Shown: positions 17,890-27,130 of the stretch, piece after piece
Layout of the letters: each line of letters begins with the position of its first letter
Position numbering within the stretch: position 1 is the first letter of the stretch
Assembly (NCBI GenBank): GCA_963675755.2
Contig: CAXXMD010000003.1
Location: 928,001 to 992,000, forward strand
Source of the DNA: a bacterium
Lineage (GTDB): Bacteria > Zhuqueibacterota > Zhuqueibacteria > Residuimicrobiales > Krinioviventaceae
Reading direction: 5' to 3'
Length of the DNA: 64,000 nucleotides
The notes under the pieces: model-generated
What the model saw: the letters and a program-made list of their open reading frames with translations, nothing else
Told to the model about the DNA's origin: nothing
The model's database searches: none
Position numbers and translations under genes: made by a program

Positions 17890-19110
17890 ATGGACTTGAT
17901 CTCATTGAATGATGCTGTTCAGATTATTCAACAGCATATTCCCCCGCAAGATATAGAACAACTACCGCTTGAAGAAGCGTCCGGCAAAGTGCTGGTAAAA
18001 AATACAACCGCTCGTGAAGCGCACCCCGCATTCAGCCACAGTACGGTAAATGGCTTTGCTGTAAAATGGACCGATATAGCTAAAGCAAATGAAAACTCGT
18101 CTGTCATGCTTGATATCTGCGGCAATAGCAAGGCCGGAACTCCCTATAAAGAACCTGTTGAAAAGGGACACGCTGTACGAATCGAAACAGGCGCAATGCT
18201 GCCCAAAGGTACGGATAGCATTGTTCCCATTGAAAATACTTTTGTAAATGGCAACGAGCTGCTCATCAAACAGGTAACTGTAAAAGGGGACTGTATTCGA
18301 TCAGCCGGCTCAGATTTTAAACGCGGTGAAATCCTTTGCAAAGCAGGGACGTTTCTGACACCCGGCTGCATTGGTTTGCTGGCGTCCCAGGGATATACCG
18401 AAACCGATGTCATTGCTTCACCCAAAGTATCTCTAGTGGTTACGGGCAGTGAACTGGTACCCTTTGACCTGAAACCCGAACCCGGTCAAATGCGAGATGC
18501 CAATTCAAGCATGTTAAAAACAGCCGTCTTTTCTTCGGGTGCAGAGCTGGCCTTTCATACCCGAACGGGTGATAATATTAACGCGGTAAGACAGGCTATA
18601 AACAAAGCCGCTGAATCTGCAAACATCATTATTGTTAGCGGAGGTATCTCTGACAGTCCTCAGGATATTGTCAAAGAAGCCGCCAAAGAAGCCGGATTTG
18701 CTAATCTGTTTTGGGGTGTAAAACAAAAACCGGGACAATCATTCTATCTCGCTAAAAAGGACCAGACCCTGTTATTCGGATTACCGGAAAATCTGGTTTC
18801 GGCATTAAACTGTTATGCCTATTACATTCATCCGGTGTTGCAGCACATGCAGGGAAAGCCGCAAACACACCAGATCCGTTCTTTAATTATGGGCAGTTCA
18901 ATAAAAAATACCGAGGACCTCTCTTTATTTTTACGGCTGCAAATATCTACAGCAGGAGGCAAACCGATTGCCATACCTTACCTAAATCAGGATCCTTACA
19001 AGATGACAACCATAGGCAAAGCAGAAGGATATGTATTGTTAAACAAGGGGCAATCTCTCACAAAAGGCAGAAAAACAGATATGCTTTTGTATCCGTGGGC
19101 GTTGTATTAA
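17890..19110 (+). CDS. moeA: MoeA/gephyrin-E family molybdopterin molybdenumtransferase homolog with degenerate motifs
   Basis: Full-length fold motifs RIETGA.LP.G.D, G.D, TGSEL, D.N, SGG, KPG; several canonical residues altered (see findings). Confidence 0.85.
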   Translation: MDLISLNDAVQIIQQHIPPQDIEQLPLEEASGKVLVKNTTAREAHPAFSHSTVNGFAVKWTDIAKANENSSVMLDICGNSKAGTPYKEPVEKGHAVRIETGAMLPKGTDSIVPIENTFVNGNELLIKQVTVKGDCIRSAGSDFKRGEILCKAGTFLTPGCIGLLASQGYTETDVIASPKVSLVVTGSELVPFDLKPEPGQMRDANSSMLKTAVFSSGAELAFHTRTGDNINAVRQAINKAAESANIIIVSGGISDSPQDIVKEAAKEAGFANLFWGVKQKPGQSFYLAKKDQTLLFGLPENLVSALNCYAYYIHPVLQHMQGKPQTHQIRSLIMGSSIKNTEDLSLFLRLQISTAGGKPIAIPYLNQDPYKMTTIGKAEGYVLLNKGQSLTKGRKTDMLLYPWALY

Positions 19111-19137
19111 TTACCATAAATTTAAATCTATATGAAC

Positions 19138-19171
19138 AAAAAAAGGGACGGTCAATGATCGCCCCTTTTTT
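19138..19171. terminator. Bidirectional intrinsic terminator
   Basis: A-run-GGGACG...CGCCCC-T-run between convergent genes. Confidence 0.75.
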
Positions 19172-19180
19172 ATTATCAAC

Positions 19181-19384
19181 TCAGGTTTCTTTATAACAGG
19201 GTCGTTCGGATGTGCACTCGTGCGGGACGGCAATATTATTATCGGGCCCCACAGGAGTTGCGGTCTTTAAACAGGAGAATTGCGAAGTCAGCATTTTATC
19301 TTCACCTTCGGATTCATCTGAAAAACCGGGATAACTCGGACCGACACGCATCAACATGGTACATACGCGTTTTTTTTCACTCAT
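19181..19384 (-). CDS. Small 4-Cys protein, last gene of the molybdoenzyme operon
   Basis: Starts 18 nt after the FAD-subunit stop; purine-rich RBS AAGGGTAGGTG; ends just before the terminator; C..C.KT...GPD.......C...R.CY pattern. Confidence 0.65.
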   Translation of the reverse strand: MSEKKRVCTMLMRVGPSYPGFSDESEGEDKMLTSQFSCLKTATPVGPDNNIAVPHECTSERPCYKET

Positions 19385-19402
19385 AATAACACCTACCCTT
19401 TT

Positions 19403-20380
19403 TTATTCGGCTAACAATTCACCAACTGCCCGCTTGAGCAGGTTTTTCGTCAACGTGATTTTATATTCATTCTGTTCAAGCGGTTCGGCATCTTTTAATT
19501 CCGCTTCTCCTGCCCGTTTCAACAGGTCATCGGTAATGGTTTTGCCGTCCAGTACTTTTTCCGCTTTGAATGCACGCCAGGGTTTAGGTGCCACTCCTCC
19601 CATGGCGATTTTCAGATCAGATATCTTGTTTCCGGAAACCTTGCCCGCAACCGCAACACTCACCATGGCAAAGTCGAACGAATCACGTTCCTTAAATTTC
19701 AGGTAATGACTCTTGAGCTGCTTTGCCTTTTTGGGGATGATCACTTTGGTTACGATCTCATCGGGATTCAATATATTTTCCCGGGTTGCGTCTTTTTCCG
19801 GTAAAATGTAAAAGTCTTCCAGCGGCACTCTTTTGGTGCCTTGAGGTCCAAGAATCTCTATCTCTGCACCCAGCGTTATAAGAATAGGCGCCACATCCGA
19901 AGGATAGACAATATAACAGGGAAATCCTCCCAATATAGCATGGTATTTATTGTCACCACTAATGGCAAAACAAACATCTCCGCCTTTGCGCACACAATCA
20001 AAATGGCGACTGCGATAATACCAGCAGCGCGGACGCTGACACAAATTTCCGCCCAAAGTGCCCATATTCCGCAACTGTATTGTACCTACAGTTTCTACCG
20101 CTTTGGCCAGACCGCCATACTGTTTAACCACATCGCTGTTTGCAATAGTTGACAGTAACGTCCCTGCGCCAATTTGCAAACCGTCTTTATCATCCCAGAT
20201 AGAGTTCAGTTCATCCAGTCCTTTTAAATTCACAACATGTTCAGGACGATCAATGCCTTCTTTTATGCGAGCCAGGGCATCGGTCCCGCCAGCATATAAC
20301 AAGGCCTTACCCTCATATTCGCCCAGTACAGCAGGTACAGATTTTACATCTTTGGGGTATATATATTCAAAAGCTTTCAT
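19403..20380 (-). CDS. Xanthine oxidase-family FAD subunit, PaoB/YagS type with extra [4Fe-4S] insertion
   Basis: AGGTD, RNMGTLGGNLCQRPRCWYYR, C..KGG..C and C...PSD motifs. Confidence 0.9.
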   Translation of the reverse strand: MKAFEYIYPKDVKSVPAVLGEYEGKALLYAGGTDALARIKEGIDRPEHVVNLKGLDELNSIWDDKDGLQIGAGTLLSTIANSDVVKQYGGLAKAVETVGTIQLRNMGTLGGNLCQRPRCWYYRSRHFDCVRKGGDVCFAISGDNKYHAILGGFPCYIVYPSDVAPILITLGAEIEILGPQGTKRVPLEDFYILPEKDATRENILNPDEIVTKVIIPKKAKQLKSHYLKFKERDSFDFAMVSVAVAGKVSGNKISDLKIAMGGVAPKPWRAFKAEKVLDGKTITDDLLKRAGEAELKDAEPLEQNEYKITLTKNLLKRAVGELLAE

Positions 20381-22485
20381 CAGTTGCCCTCCTTTCCTTG
20401 CAGCGCCATGAGGACTTTATCAGGCGTTATCGGCAGTTCATAAATCCGGGTTCCAATGGCGTTGGCAATTGCATTGGCAATTGCACCCACACCGGGTATT
20501 GCCGGCGGTTCACCCAATCCGATGACACCCCGTTCAGACTCATCATACATGGTTACGTTAAAATCAGGCATTTCTTTAGCACCCGGTATTTTATAATTTT
20601 CCATATCCGCGTTTGGCATTACACCGGTTTCATAATCCAGCAGCCGGTTTTCCAGGGTAACGTACCCAATCTCTCCAATCATTGCACCCTGCACCTGGTT
20701 AACGGCTGTCAGCATATTTACAACCAATCCGCAATCCTGCACACCCAGCATGCGGGTGACCTTGATCTGACCGGTTTCGGTATCTACCTCTACTTCGGCA
20801 AACTGACAACCCGCGGTACCACTGTCAGACAATCCTTCCTGCCATTGTACCTGCTCAGACACAGGCTGACCGTCTAAAAGCGCACAAGCTTCTTTCCATG
20901 AAAGGGATTGTGAACTTTCATTGCCGCTAAATTTCATCTTTTGGTATTTCACCTGCTCGGCAGGAATACCCCATTCTTCCGCGACATGGCCTTTCAAGGT
21001 TTCCATCGCTTTAGTTGCGGCCAGCTTGACCGTTGTCGTCACAGAAGGTGCGGTTACACTGCCGCCGCTGCCCGGTGCCCAGGGATAGTCGGATTTACCA
21101 ATAAAAGGCTGTACCATTTCCGGTTTCAATTCCAGTTCTTCTGCCACAACCGCCTGTATGATTGTTCTTGTTCCGGTTCCAATATCCTGAGTACCGATCT
21201 TGATATCCACCGAGCTGTCGGGATAAATATTGATAATGGCTTTGGTATTCTTGTTGCCACCGCCGCCCCATCTGCCAGAACCAACGCCCATACCTTTAAC
21301 AACACGGCCCTTTTGACTGCCGGTTTTGGGTCGATTCTTCCAGCCAAACTGCTCCGCGCCAAGCTCGTATTCTTTTTGACGTGTGGTATTGGGATCATTT
21401 TTCTTGCGCATCTCTAACGCATCTAAGCCCAGTTTGTCTGCCAGTTCATCAATTGCCGATTCCATAGCAAAGTTGGCCTGGGGATGTCCCGGCGCACGCA
21501 TGGGTGCGCTGCCACCCGCGTTGATATGTACATCCTGATGGTCTATTTTGTAATTGGGAAATTCATAAACATATGGTTGAGGTACGCCGGCGCCTGTTCC
21601 TACGCCAGCAGACCCATAGGATTCCAGTTGAAACGCGGTAAAGGTACCGTCTTTTTTAGCGCCGATCTTGATTTTCTGGAATGAAGAGGGACGGTTACCC
21701 ACTGCCAGTAATTGCTCTTCGCGGTCCAGCATCATTTTTACCGGAGCGTTGGCCTTTTTAGCGAGTCTGGCACAAATGGGATGAAAGCTCTTGATTCCCA
21801 GCTTGCTGCCGAATCCACCACCCATGTGATGGGCTACAACATGCACCTTGTTCTCGGGGATCTCGAAATGCCTTGCCATACCGGCCCGTTCACTGTGAAC
21901 AGCCTGGGAAGAGCTCCACATATAGAGGTCGTCTCCCTCCCAATTCACAATACAGCCGTGGGTTTCAAGGGAATTGTGGACCTGCACATTCATATGATAG
22001 GTATGCTCTACAATGGCATCAGCTTCTGCAAATCCTTTTTCTACATCTCCTTCTTCCCGATTTTGCACACGGCCAATATTATCTTCTTTATTGCTGAATA
22101 CTTTGATATCGCCTTTTAACGCTTCCTGTTCACGTACGGTAAAGGGAAGCACCTCGTATTTGACTTTGAATTTCAGCAGCGCTTCCGCGGCACATTCTTC
22201 ACTTACTGCCGCCACTGCGGCTACATCATCGCCAACAAAAAACACTTCATCTTTGATATCGGTAATGACGGTTTTTACACCAGGCATTTTCAATACGTCT
22301 GATGCATCAATGGATACAATTTTTGCATGCGGGTGCGGACTGCGCAGTATGCGTCCGTAAAGCATACCGGGGAATTTCAGGTCATAGGTATATTTTGCGC
22401 GTCCGGTAACTTTATCCGGGCCATCAACTCGGGAGTAGGATTTACCCACAATGGTCATTTCTTCAGGTTTTTTCCATCCGGCCAT
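20380..22485 (-). CDS. Xanthine oxidase-family molybdopterin-binding subunit (PaoC/YagR type)
   Basis: KVTG.A.Y, GGGFGSK, MRAPG, Q..G.G, GGS and GLGEP motifs; ATG at 22485 after GGAGG. Confidence 0.92.
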   Translation of the reverse strand: MAGWKKPEEMTIVGKSYSRVDGPDKVTGRAKYTYDLKFPGMLYGRILRSPHPHAKIVSIDASDVLKMPGVKTVITDIKDEVFFVGDDVAAVAAVSEECAAEALLKFKVKYEVLPFTVREQEALKGDIKVFSNKEDNIGRVQNREEGDVEKGFAEADAIVEHTYHMNVQVHNSLETHGCIVNWEGDDLYMWSSSQAVHSERAGMARHFEIPENKVHVVAHHMGGGFGSKLGIKSFHPICARLAKKANAPVKMMLDREEQLLAVGNRPSSFQKIKIGAKKDGTFTAFQLESYGSAGVGTGAGVPQPYVYEFPNYKIDHQDVHINAGGSAPMRAPGHPQANFAMESAIDELADKLGLDALEMRKKNDPNTTRQKEYELGAEQFGWKNRPKTGSQKGRVVKGMGVGSGRWGGGGNKNTKAIINIYPDSSVDIKIGTQDIGTGTRTIIQAVVAEELELKPEMVQPFIGKSDYPWAPGSGGSVTAPSVTTTVKLAATKAMETLKGHVAEEWGIPAEQVKYQKMKFSGNESSQSLSWKEACALLDGQPVSEQVQWQEGLSDSGTAGCQFAEVEVDTETGQIKVTRMLGVQDCGLVVNMLTAVNQVQGAMIGEIGYVTLENRLLDYETGVMPNADMENYKIPGAKEMPDFNVTMYDESERGVIGLGEPPAIPGVGAIANAIANAIGTRIYELPITPDKVLMALQGKEGN

Positions 22486-22487
22486 AA

Positions 22488-23111
22488 TCAACCTCCCTTC
22501 TTGATCGTGTCAGCCGCATCAGCAACGGCTTTGAAAATATTGGGATACGTTCCGCAACGGCACAAGTTGCCCGAAACGCCGGTTTTGATTTCTTCCAATG
22601 TAGGCTGATCATTTTCTCGCAACAAGGAGACACAAGACATGATAAATCCGGGTGTGCAAAATCCACATTGCAGGGCATCATGCTTGACAAAGGCTTCCTG
22701 CACGGGATGCAGCTTGTCGCCATCTGCAAGGCCTTCCACAGTCTCTAATGACGCGCCATCGGCATCCAGGGCGAGTATACTGCACGCCAATACGGTTTTC
22801 CCATCCATAATGATAGTACAGGCACCGCACTGTCCACGATTACAAACCCGCTTGGTACCGGTGTAATCCAGATCATTTCGCAGCGCATCCAGCAGTGTTA
22901 TGCGCGGATCGATCTCGAGCTCATGCTTTTTTCCGTTTACAGTGAATGCGATCTTGACAGCTCCGGGGCCCACAACTTTGGCGCCATGCGGACCTTCCGG
23001 GGCCGCTTCCACCGCAGTTGCAGTTATAACGGTTGCTCCGGCTACACCACCGCCTAATCCTTTAATAAAATTACGGCGTGACATACCGGAAGTTTGTTTT
23101 AGATCACCCAT
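22488..23111 (-). CDS. 2x[2Fe-2S] subunit with Tat signal (PaoA/YagT type)
   Basis: SRRNFIK twin-arginine leader; C..GQCGAC and QCGFCTPG...GNLCRC motifs. Confidence 0.93.
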   Translation of the reverse strand: MGDLKQTSGMSRRNFIKGLGGGVAGATVITATAVEAAPEGPHGAKVVGPGAVKIAFTVNGKKHELEIDPRITLLDALRNDLDYTGTKRVCNRGQCGACTIIMDGKTVLACSILALDADGASLETVEGLADGDKLHPVQEAFVKHDALQCGFCTPGFIMSCVSLLRENDQPTLEEIKTGVSGNLCRCGTYPNIFKAVADAADTIKKGG

Positions 23112-23230
23112 TTGAAAACTCCATTTATTATTAAATTTACTGCTTTCCGGGTAATATTTTTTTATTTGGTAATTGGTTTCGTTCCCAGGTGTTCCCTACC
23201 AGTTATCATCCACAGAATCCATAGAGATAC

Positions 23231-23266
23231 TGTATATAATATATACAAGAGCTGTAATCAAAGCAA
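23231..23266 (-). promoter_or_regulatory. Sigma70-like promoter of the paoABC-like operon overlapped by a 17-bp palindrome
   Basis: Minus strand TTGCTT-17 nt-TATATT; TGTATATA-A-TATATACA at 23231-23247 covers the -10 element. Confidence 0.5.
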
Positions 23267-23479
23267 GTATTTTCGAAAAATTCATTTTGAAATTGTTCGA
23301 TCATTGGCAGTTTACGACAAGGAGGGAAAACCGGCGCGTTACGATCGCGACACAGATACCTGTGTTTCGAAAAATGAGACATGAGCATCCATGCCGAAAC
23401 ATGCGCAGGTATTTTATTCGCTGGTTCGCATTGGCAGACCCGCACTCGGCATCCAGGCCTTGTGCTTGAATCTGTACAT

Positions 23480-23869
23480 TCATAAATCCGCCGGCGGGTA
23501 CAGTATCAATAATAATAAAGGAAATATTACAAAAAAGGAAATCACTCCCAAACCGAATTTTAATCCCCCCTTTTTCCCTTTTGTTGTGTTGTACTCGCAT
23601 GCTTTAACATAATTAATTGATTTTATATGAATTTTCATTCCTTTTTTACCCACTGACCGTGTATAATCCTCAAGATACAGGGTATCATTATCAACATGAA
23701 AATTTCGGGTAATATAAACATTTCCATCAAGCGTATGAATCTCGAGCCGAATGTCCTCTTTATCTTCAAGAGTTTGGCAAGAATCATTAGAAATATTGTA
23801 ACAATACGAGCAAGACAAAGCGCTTGAAATGAGTATCAAATACAACAATAGTAATTTTTTTGAATCCAT
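23480..23869 (-). CDS. Hypothetical AT-rich membrane or lipoprotein
   Basis: N-terminal hydrophobic leader with LSC; C-terminal TM segment; no family recognised. Confidence 0.6.
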   Translation of the reverse strand: MDSKKLLLLYLILISSALSCSYCYNISNDSCQTLEDKEDIRLEIHTLDGNVYITRNFHVDNDTLYLEDYTRSVGKKGMKIHIKSINYVKACEYNTTKGKKGGLKFGLGVISFFVIFPLLLLILYPPADL

Positions 23870-24113
23870 ATTCTACCCCATGACTCACATAGTTATTGAC
23901 AGCGATTGTGGATCGCGTGAAAATCTTCCCCGGTTTTAATCCATACCGTTTTTCAAGATTATAAAAAAATTAACAAAAGTCAAGAACATAAGAGAATAAT
24001 TCGGTCTCCTTTTAATGAGATTACCTGTTACTCAAGTCCGTAGTGGATAGGCATTTAATAGCCCATCATCTCGGAGGTGCCATATATTTTTTCCATTTTC
24101 ATCCCCAAAGATA

Positions 24114-24869
24114 TTAGTGAAAAAGTTTAATTTGGACTCCGTATCGATTATTATGTCTTTCAAAATCTGAACCTTTTGTGTATAAATCATTATCATCGTA
24201 TAAAATATTGTAAAAAAATGATAATGAAATAAATTTGTAATCCCACCTGATTCCAGCTAAATTCATATACCCGGATTTGACCCTACCATCATTTTTATGT
24301 GATTTGAATTCATTAAATAACCAAAAATGATCAATAGGCCTATATGCAACACTAATCATGTCAGGTTTATGAATGATTCCAAAAAACATTATATGTTTTT
24401 GATAACCTAATGAATAATAAAAATCATTTATCCTTTTACTAAATGTAATTCCTAACATCCAGTCGAAGGAAAGAAATGATAAATTGATATTAGTATATTT
24501 TGTTTCTTTAAGACGTATTATAGATTTTATATAATTTACATTTACTTTCCTTGTTAAAAACTCATCACCTCTTTGATTGTGAATTCTGGGTATAACTGCT
24601 CTACCAAACTCCAAATACATTCTATTATAGACCATCAAACCTCTTTTGGTATTATATTGAACATTATTGTGGAATGATGGTGTGTGTTCACCATGATGTT
24701 CCATTAAAAACCAATAAAAAACAAAGTTTTCTGTGTAATCAAGTGATAAATCCAAATTTTTAGTTTGAAATAGCCCAGGAAAATTAATGAATTCAAAATT
24801 TGATTCTTTTGCATTCGTATTTACTGAAACCAGTAAAAAAGGAATTATAAACAAATAAAATAATTTCAT
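24114..24869 (-). CDS. Hypothetical AT-rich exported protein, possibly an outer-membrane beta-barrel
   Basis: GGAG RBS before ATG 24869; signal peptide; aromatic amphipathic strands ending YGVQIKLFH. Confidence 0.6.
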   Translation of the reverse strand: MKLFYLFIIPFLLVSVNTNAKESNFEFINFPGLFQTKNLDLSLDYTENFVFYWFLMEHHGEHTPSFHNNVQYNTKRGLMVYNRMYLEFGRAVIPRIHNQRGDEFLTRKVNVNYIKSIIRLKETKYTNINLSFLSFDWMLGITFSKRINDFYYSLGYQKHIMFFGIIHKPDMISVAYRPIDHFWLFNEFKSHKNDGRVKSGYMNLAGIRWDYKFISLSFFYNILYDDNDLYTKGSDFERHNNRYGVQIKLFH

Positions 24870-25241
24870 AATTTTCTCCAAAAGTTATAAATGTTATTCA
24901 ATCAAGAAAACTATGGCGATCTAAAAGCATTTCCCCTTGATTTCATATTGTACCCCACAGTACATGAGCATCTCTTTGCAAATTGGATTACAGTATTCAC
25001 GTGTAGTACGACCCCGTGAAGCGCTGAATTACAAGTGAGTTCCCTCGTCACTCGATTATAATTACGCATCCAGCACTCTTGTTTTTTATGATAAGTAAAA
25101 TTTCTGACTTGATCAAGAGGAACCATAATAAATAGACTTTTTTATTTCTCTTCCAAAATATTGGGCTATTCTCCCATTCCAATCACCCTGTAATCTCACC
25201 AATCCTACTCTTCCTTTCTCATATCGTTCTGTCTCCCGTCT

Positions 25242-25293
25242 TTTTCACTTGATTATTTGTCAAAAAATGTCTAAGTATTAAAAATTTGCAATT
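25242..25293 (+). repeat. 52-bp direct repeat, left copy
   Basis: TTTTCACTTGATTATTTGTCAAAAAATGTCTAAGTATTAAAAATTTGCAATT; 51/52 identical to 27131..27182. Confidence 0.95.
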
Positions 25294-25297
25294 ACTA

Positions 25298-25511
25298 GAT
25301 CGTGACGGAGATAATCTCCGTCACGATCATAAAATGCAAAGACCGCTGAGAACGCAGAGATTTCAGAGAAAACAAAATAAATTGCCTCGGCGATCTCCGC
25401 ATGCTCTGCGTTAAAAAATGAATGGTGAGCCGGTCACCATGATCTCGTATCCGAGACAATAAAAGGTGGGTTGAAAAAATGCCAGACATCAAGTCAGGGT
25501 TACAAACTATA
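25298..25511 (+). repeat. ~210-bp palindrome-headed repeat, unit 1
   Basis: GATCGTGACGGAGAT-A-ATCTCCGTCACGATC, then ACGCAGAGATTTCAGA, AATTGCCTCGGCGATCTCCGC and a tail colinear with unit 2. Confidence 0.9.
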
Positions 25512-25536
25512 ATGCAAAAATTGTGATTATTTTACG

Positions 25537-26103
25537 ATGAAAAAAAAATTAATTATCATTATTATTGTATATTTTTTAAGCATAAATTTTCTAAATTTTT
25601 CAAAAAATTTATACTTATTTTCAACTTATAATTTTTCAATTAGTTGTTTTGAACCCAATCGACATATATCAAATCAATACCGTCAATGGGAAAGAGTTAT
25701 AGATAGTTATCAGCATGTTTCAGATGCAAGATATATTGAGAATATAATAATTTTTTCAGATAATACAGGATTTTATCGATTGAGATGTTATTCATTAAAA
25801 ATTTTTAATATTGATTCTGAACCTTATTCATGGTCACCTCTATTACCATATGATCAAAATTATTTTATAGATTATTTTGCAGAAATCCAAATTGACTCTC
25901 AATATGTTAAATTTTTACCAAATCCTAACTCGATGGTTAATAATGGTACAAGATATTCAAAATTTAAAATTAAAGAGAACAAGTTTTACCTTGATTCATA
26001 TCGAGAGCTCGAAAAATATAAAATGGATCCAATCTGGATTGTACCTCAAACAGAAAAAATCAAGTTTTCAAATTATTTATATTTTTCTTACTTTTTTGAA
26101 TAG
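25537..26103 (+). CDS. AT-rich orphan protein with N-terminal signal/anchor (cassette 1)
   Basis: 188-aa open frame in very AT-rich DNA; MKKKLIIIII leader; no family recognised. Confidence 0.65.
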   Translation: MKKKLIIIIIVYFLSINFLNFSKNLYLFSTYNFSISCFEPNRHISNQYRQWERVIDSYQHVSDARYIENIIIFSDNTGFYRLRCYSLKIFNIDSEPYSWSPLLPYDQNYFIDYFAEIQIDSQYVKFLPNPNSMVNNGTRYSKFKIKENKFYLDSYRELEKYKMDPIWIVPQTEKIKFSNYLYFSYFFE

Positions 26104-26163
26104 CCGGTTGCTGAGTATTGTCTGAATTAAGATTTTTAGGATGAAAGGATTTTAGGAAAGTCA

Positions 26164-26198
26164 ATTTGCCCGGCACTTGAAAAAAGTGCCAGGCAAAT
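26164..26198. repeat. REP-like hairpin family B
   Basis: ATTTGCCCGGCACTT...AAGTGCCAGGCAAAT; related hairpins at 43108-43140 and 48141-48168. Confidence 0.7.
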
Positions 26199-26206
26199 CT
26201 TTTCAA

Positions 26207-26420
26207 GATCGTGACGGAGATAATCTCCGTCACGATCATAAAACGCTGAATCCGCCGAGGACGCAGAGATTTCAGAAGAATTAAAAGAATTGCCTCGGCG
26301 ATCTCCGCGTGCTCTACGTTTAAACATTGGATGGTGCGCTGGTCGCCCGGGCTTTGTATTCGGGATAAATAAGGCGGAGTGAAAAAACCAGGACATTAAA
26401 TCAGAGGATTGCAAACTGTA
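26207..26420 (+). repeat. ~210-bp palindrome-headed repeat, unit 2
   Basis: Identical 31-bp palindrome; colinear with unit 1 through ...CAAACT[AG]TA. Confidence 0.9.
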
Positions 26421-26463
26421 AACAATCCTAATAAAAAATCACAATTAAAATGATTTGTACATT

Positions 26464-26652
26464 ATGGATGATTTCATTCTTATTTGTATCATTATTCCTT
26501 TAGTCCCTATAATTGTAATTTTACGTGCTATATTTAAAGATTTCCTTTGGGGAAGAAAAATAAAGAATATTAAATACTATATTAAATATTTTGTAGTGTA
26601 TATTTCAATAATCTCTTTAATTTTTATCCTGGATTATATAGGTGTATTATAA
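26464..26652 (+). CDS. Small AT-rich two-TM orphan protein (cassette 2)
   Basis: Two hydrophobic helices separated by a Lys-rich loop; lies between repeat units 2 and 3. Confidence 0.5.
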   Translation: MDDFILICIIIPLVPIIVILRAIFKDFLWGRKIKNIKYYIKYFVVYISIISLIFILDYIGVL

Positions 26653-26718
26653 TAAAGCAACTATTATTATATATAATTTTTCTTGTCCGCTCAGTTGCAC
26701 CGGATTGACTCTTTTCAA

Positions 26719-27050
26719 GATCGTGACGGAGATAATCTCCATCACGATCATAAAACGCCAGAGCCGCCAAAGACGCAGAGATTTACGATCATATCTGGCA
26801 GATTATCTATCGTTTAATTTTTTTCACTGCTTTTACTATCACGAAATCCTTGTTTTTCTCTGTGCCCTCTGTGTCTCTGTGGTTATTGTCTTTACAGTCA
26901 ATTATAAGGTCATCTGCTGATAAAAGAACAGATAATCTCCAATCCTGTTCATCCTTTAATCTTCTACATCCTAATTTAGACAAAAAAATGAATTGCCCTG
27001 GCGCACTCTTAAAAAAGAATAATGAACTGGTCACCCGGAACTCGTGTCCT
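26719..27050 (+). repeat. Palindrome-headed repeat, unit 3 (degenerate and interrupted)
   Basis: Palindrome with one mismatch; homology runs to 26784 and resumes at 26991 (AATTGCC...TTAAAAAA.GAAT..TGA.C.GGTCACC...CTCGT.TCC). Confidence 0.8.
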
Positions 27051-27130
27051 GCAAACTTTTAAGATATAACGAAAATTGTAAAATGAATAAATCACATCTC
27101 GTCGTCGCTCCGATACGTACATCCCCCCAA

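Noticed and set aside
15610-23111. Selenocysteine recoding in the molybdoenzyme cluster, prompted by selA in the window
   Set aside because: The ORFs appear full-length, and I saw no in-frame TGA at a conserved Cys position.
19356-23115. Numerous plus-strand ORFs antisense to the molybdoenzyme genes, and similar shadow ORFs window-wide
   Set aside because: They fully overlap well-supported genes, have no motifs, and are typical antisense shadows.
23112-23480. Moco/Wco riboswitch upstream of the oxidoreductase operon or moeA
   Set aside because: I could not find the characteristic conserved elements by eye. An Infernal/Rfam scan would settle it.
24911-25126. 71-aa minus-strand ORF or possible toxin-tip remnant
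   Set aside because: No recognisable motif or clear RBS, and alternative frames are short. It cannot be supported, though a gene remnant is not excluded.
25298-27050. CRISPR array or classical integron
   Set aside because: Spacing between repeats is 500-900 bp and gene-containing, with no cas genes. No attC RYYYAAC/GTTRRRY boxes follow the ORFs and there is no integrase in the window.
25295-27062. Short ORFs 25295-25492, 26136-26414, 26642-26920, 26807-27034 and 26850-27062
   Set aside because: They are translations of the palindromic and periodic repeats. The shared IVTEIIS peptide just reflects the palindrome, and frames are not conserved between units.
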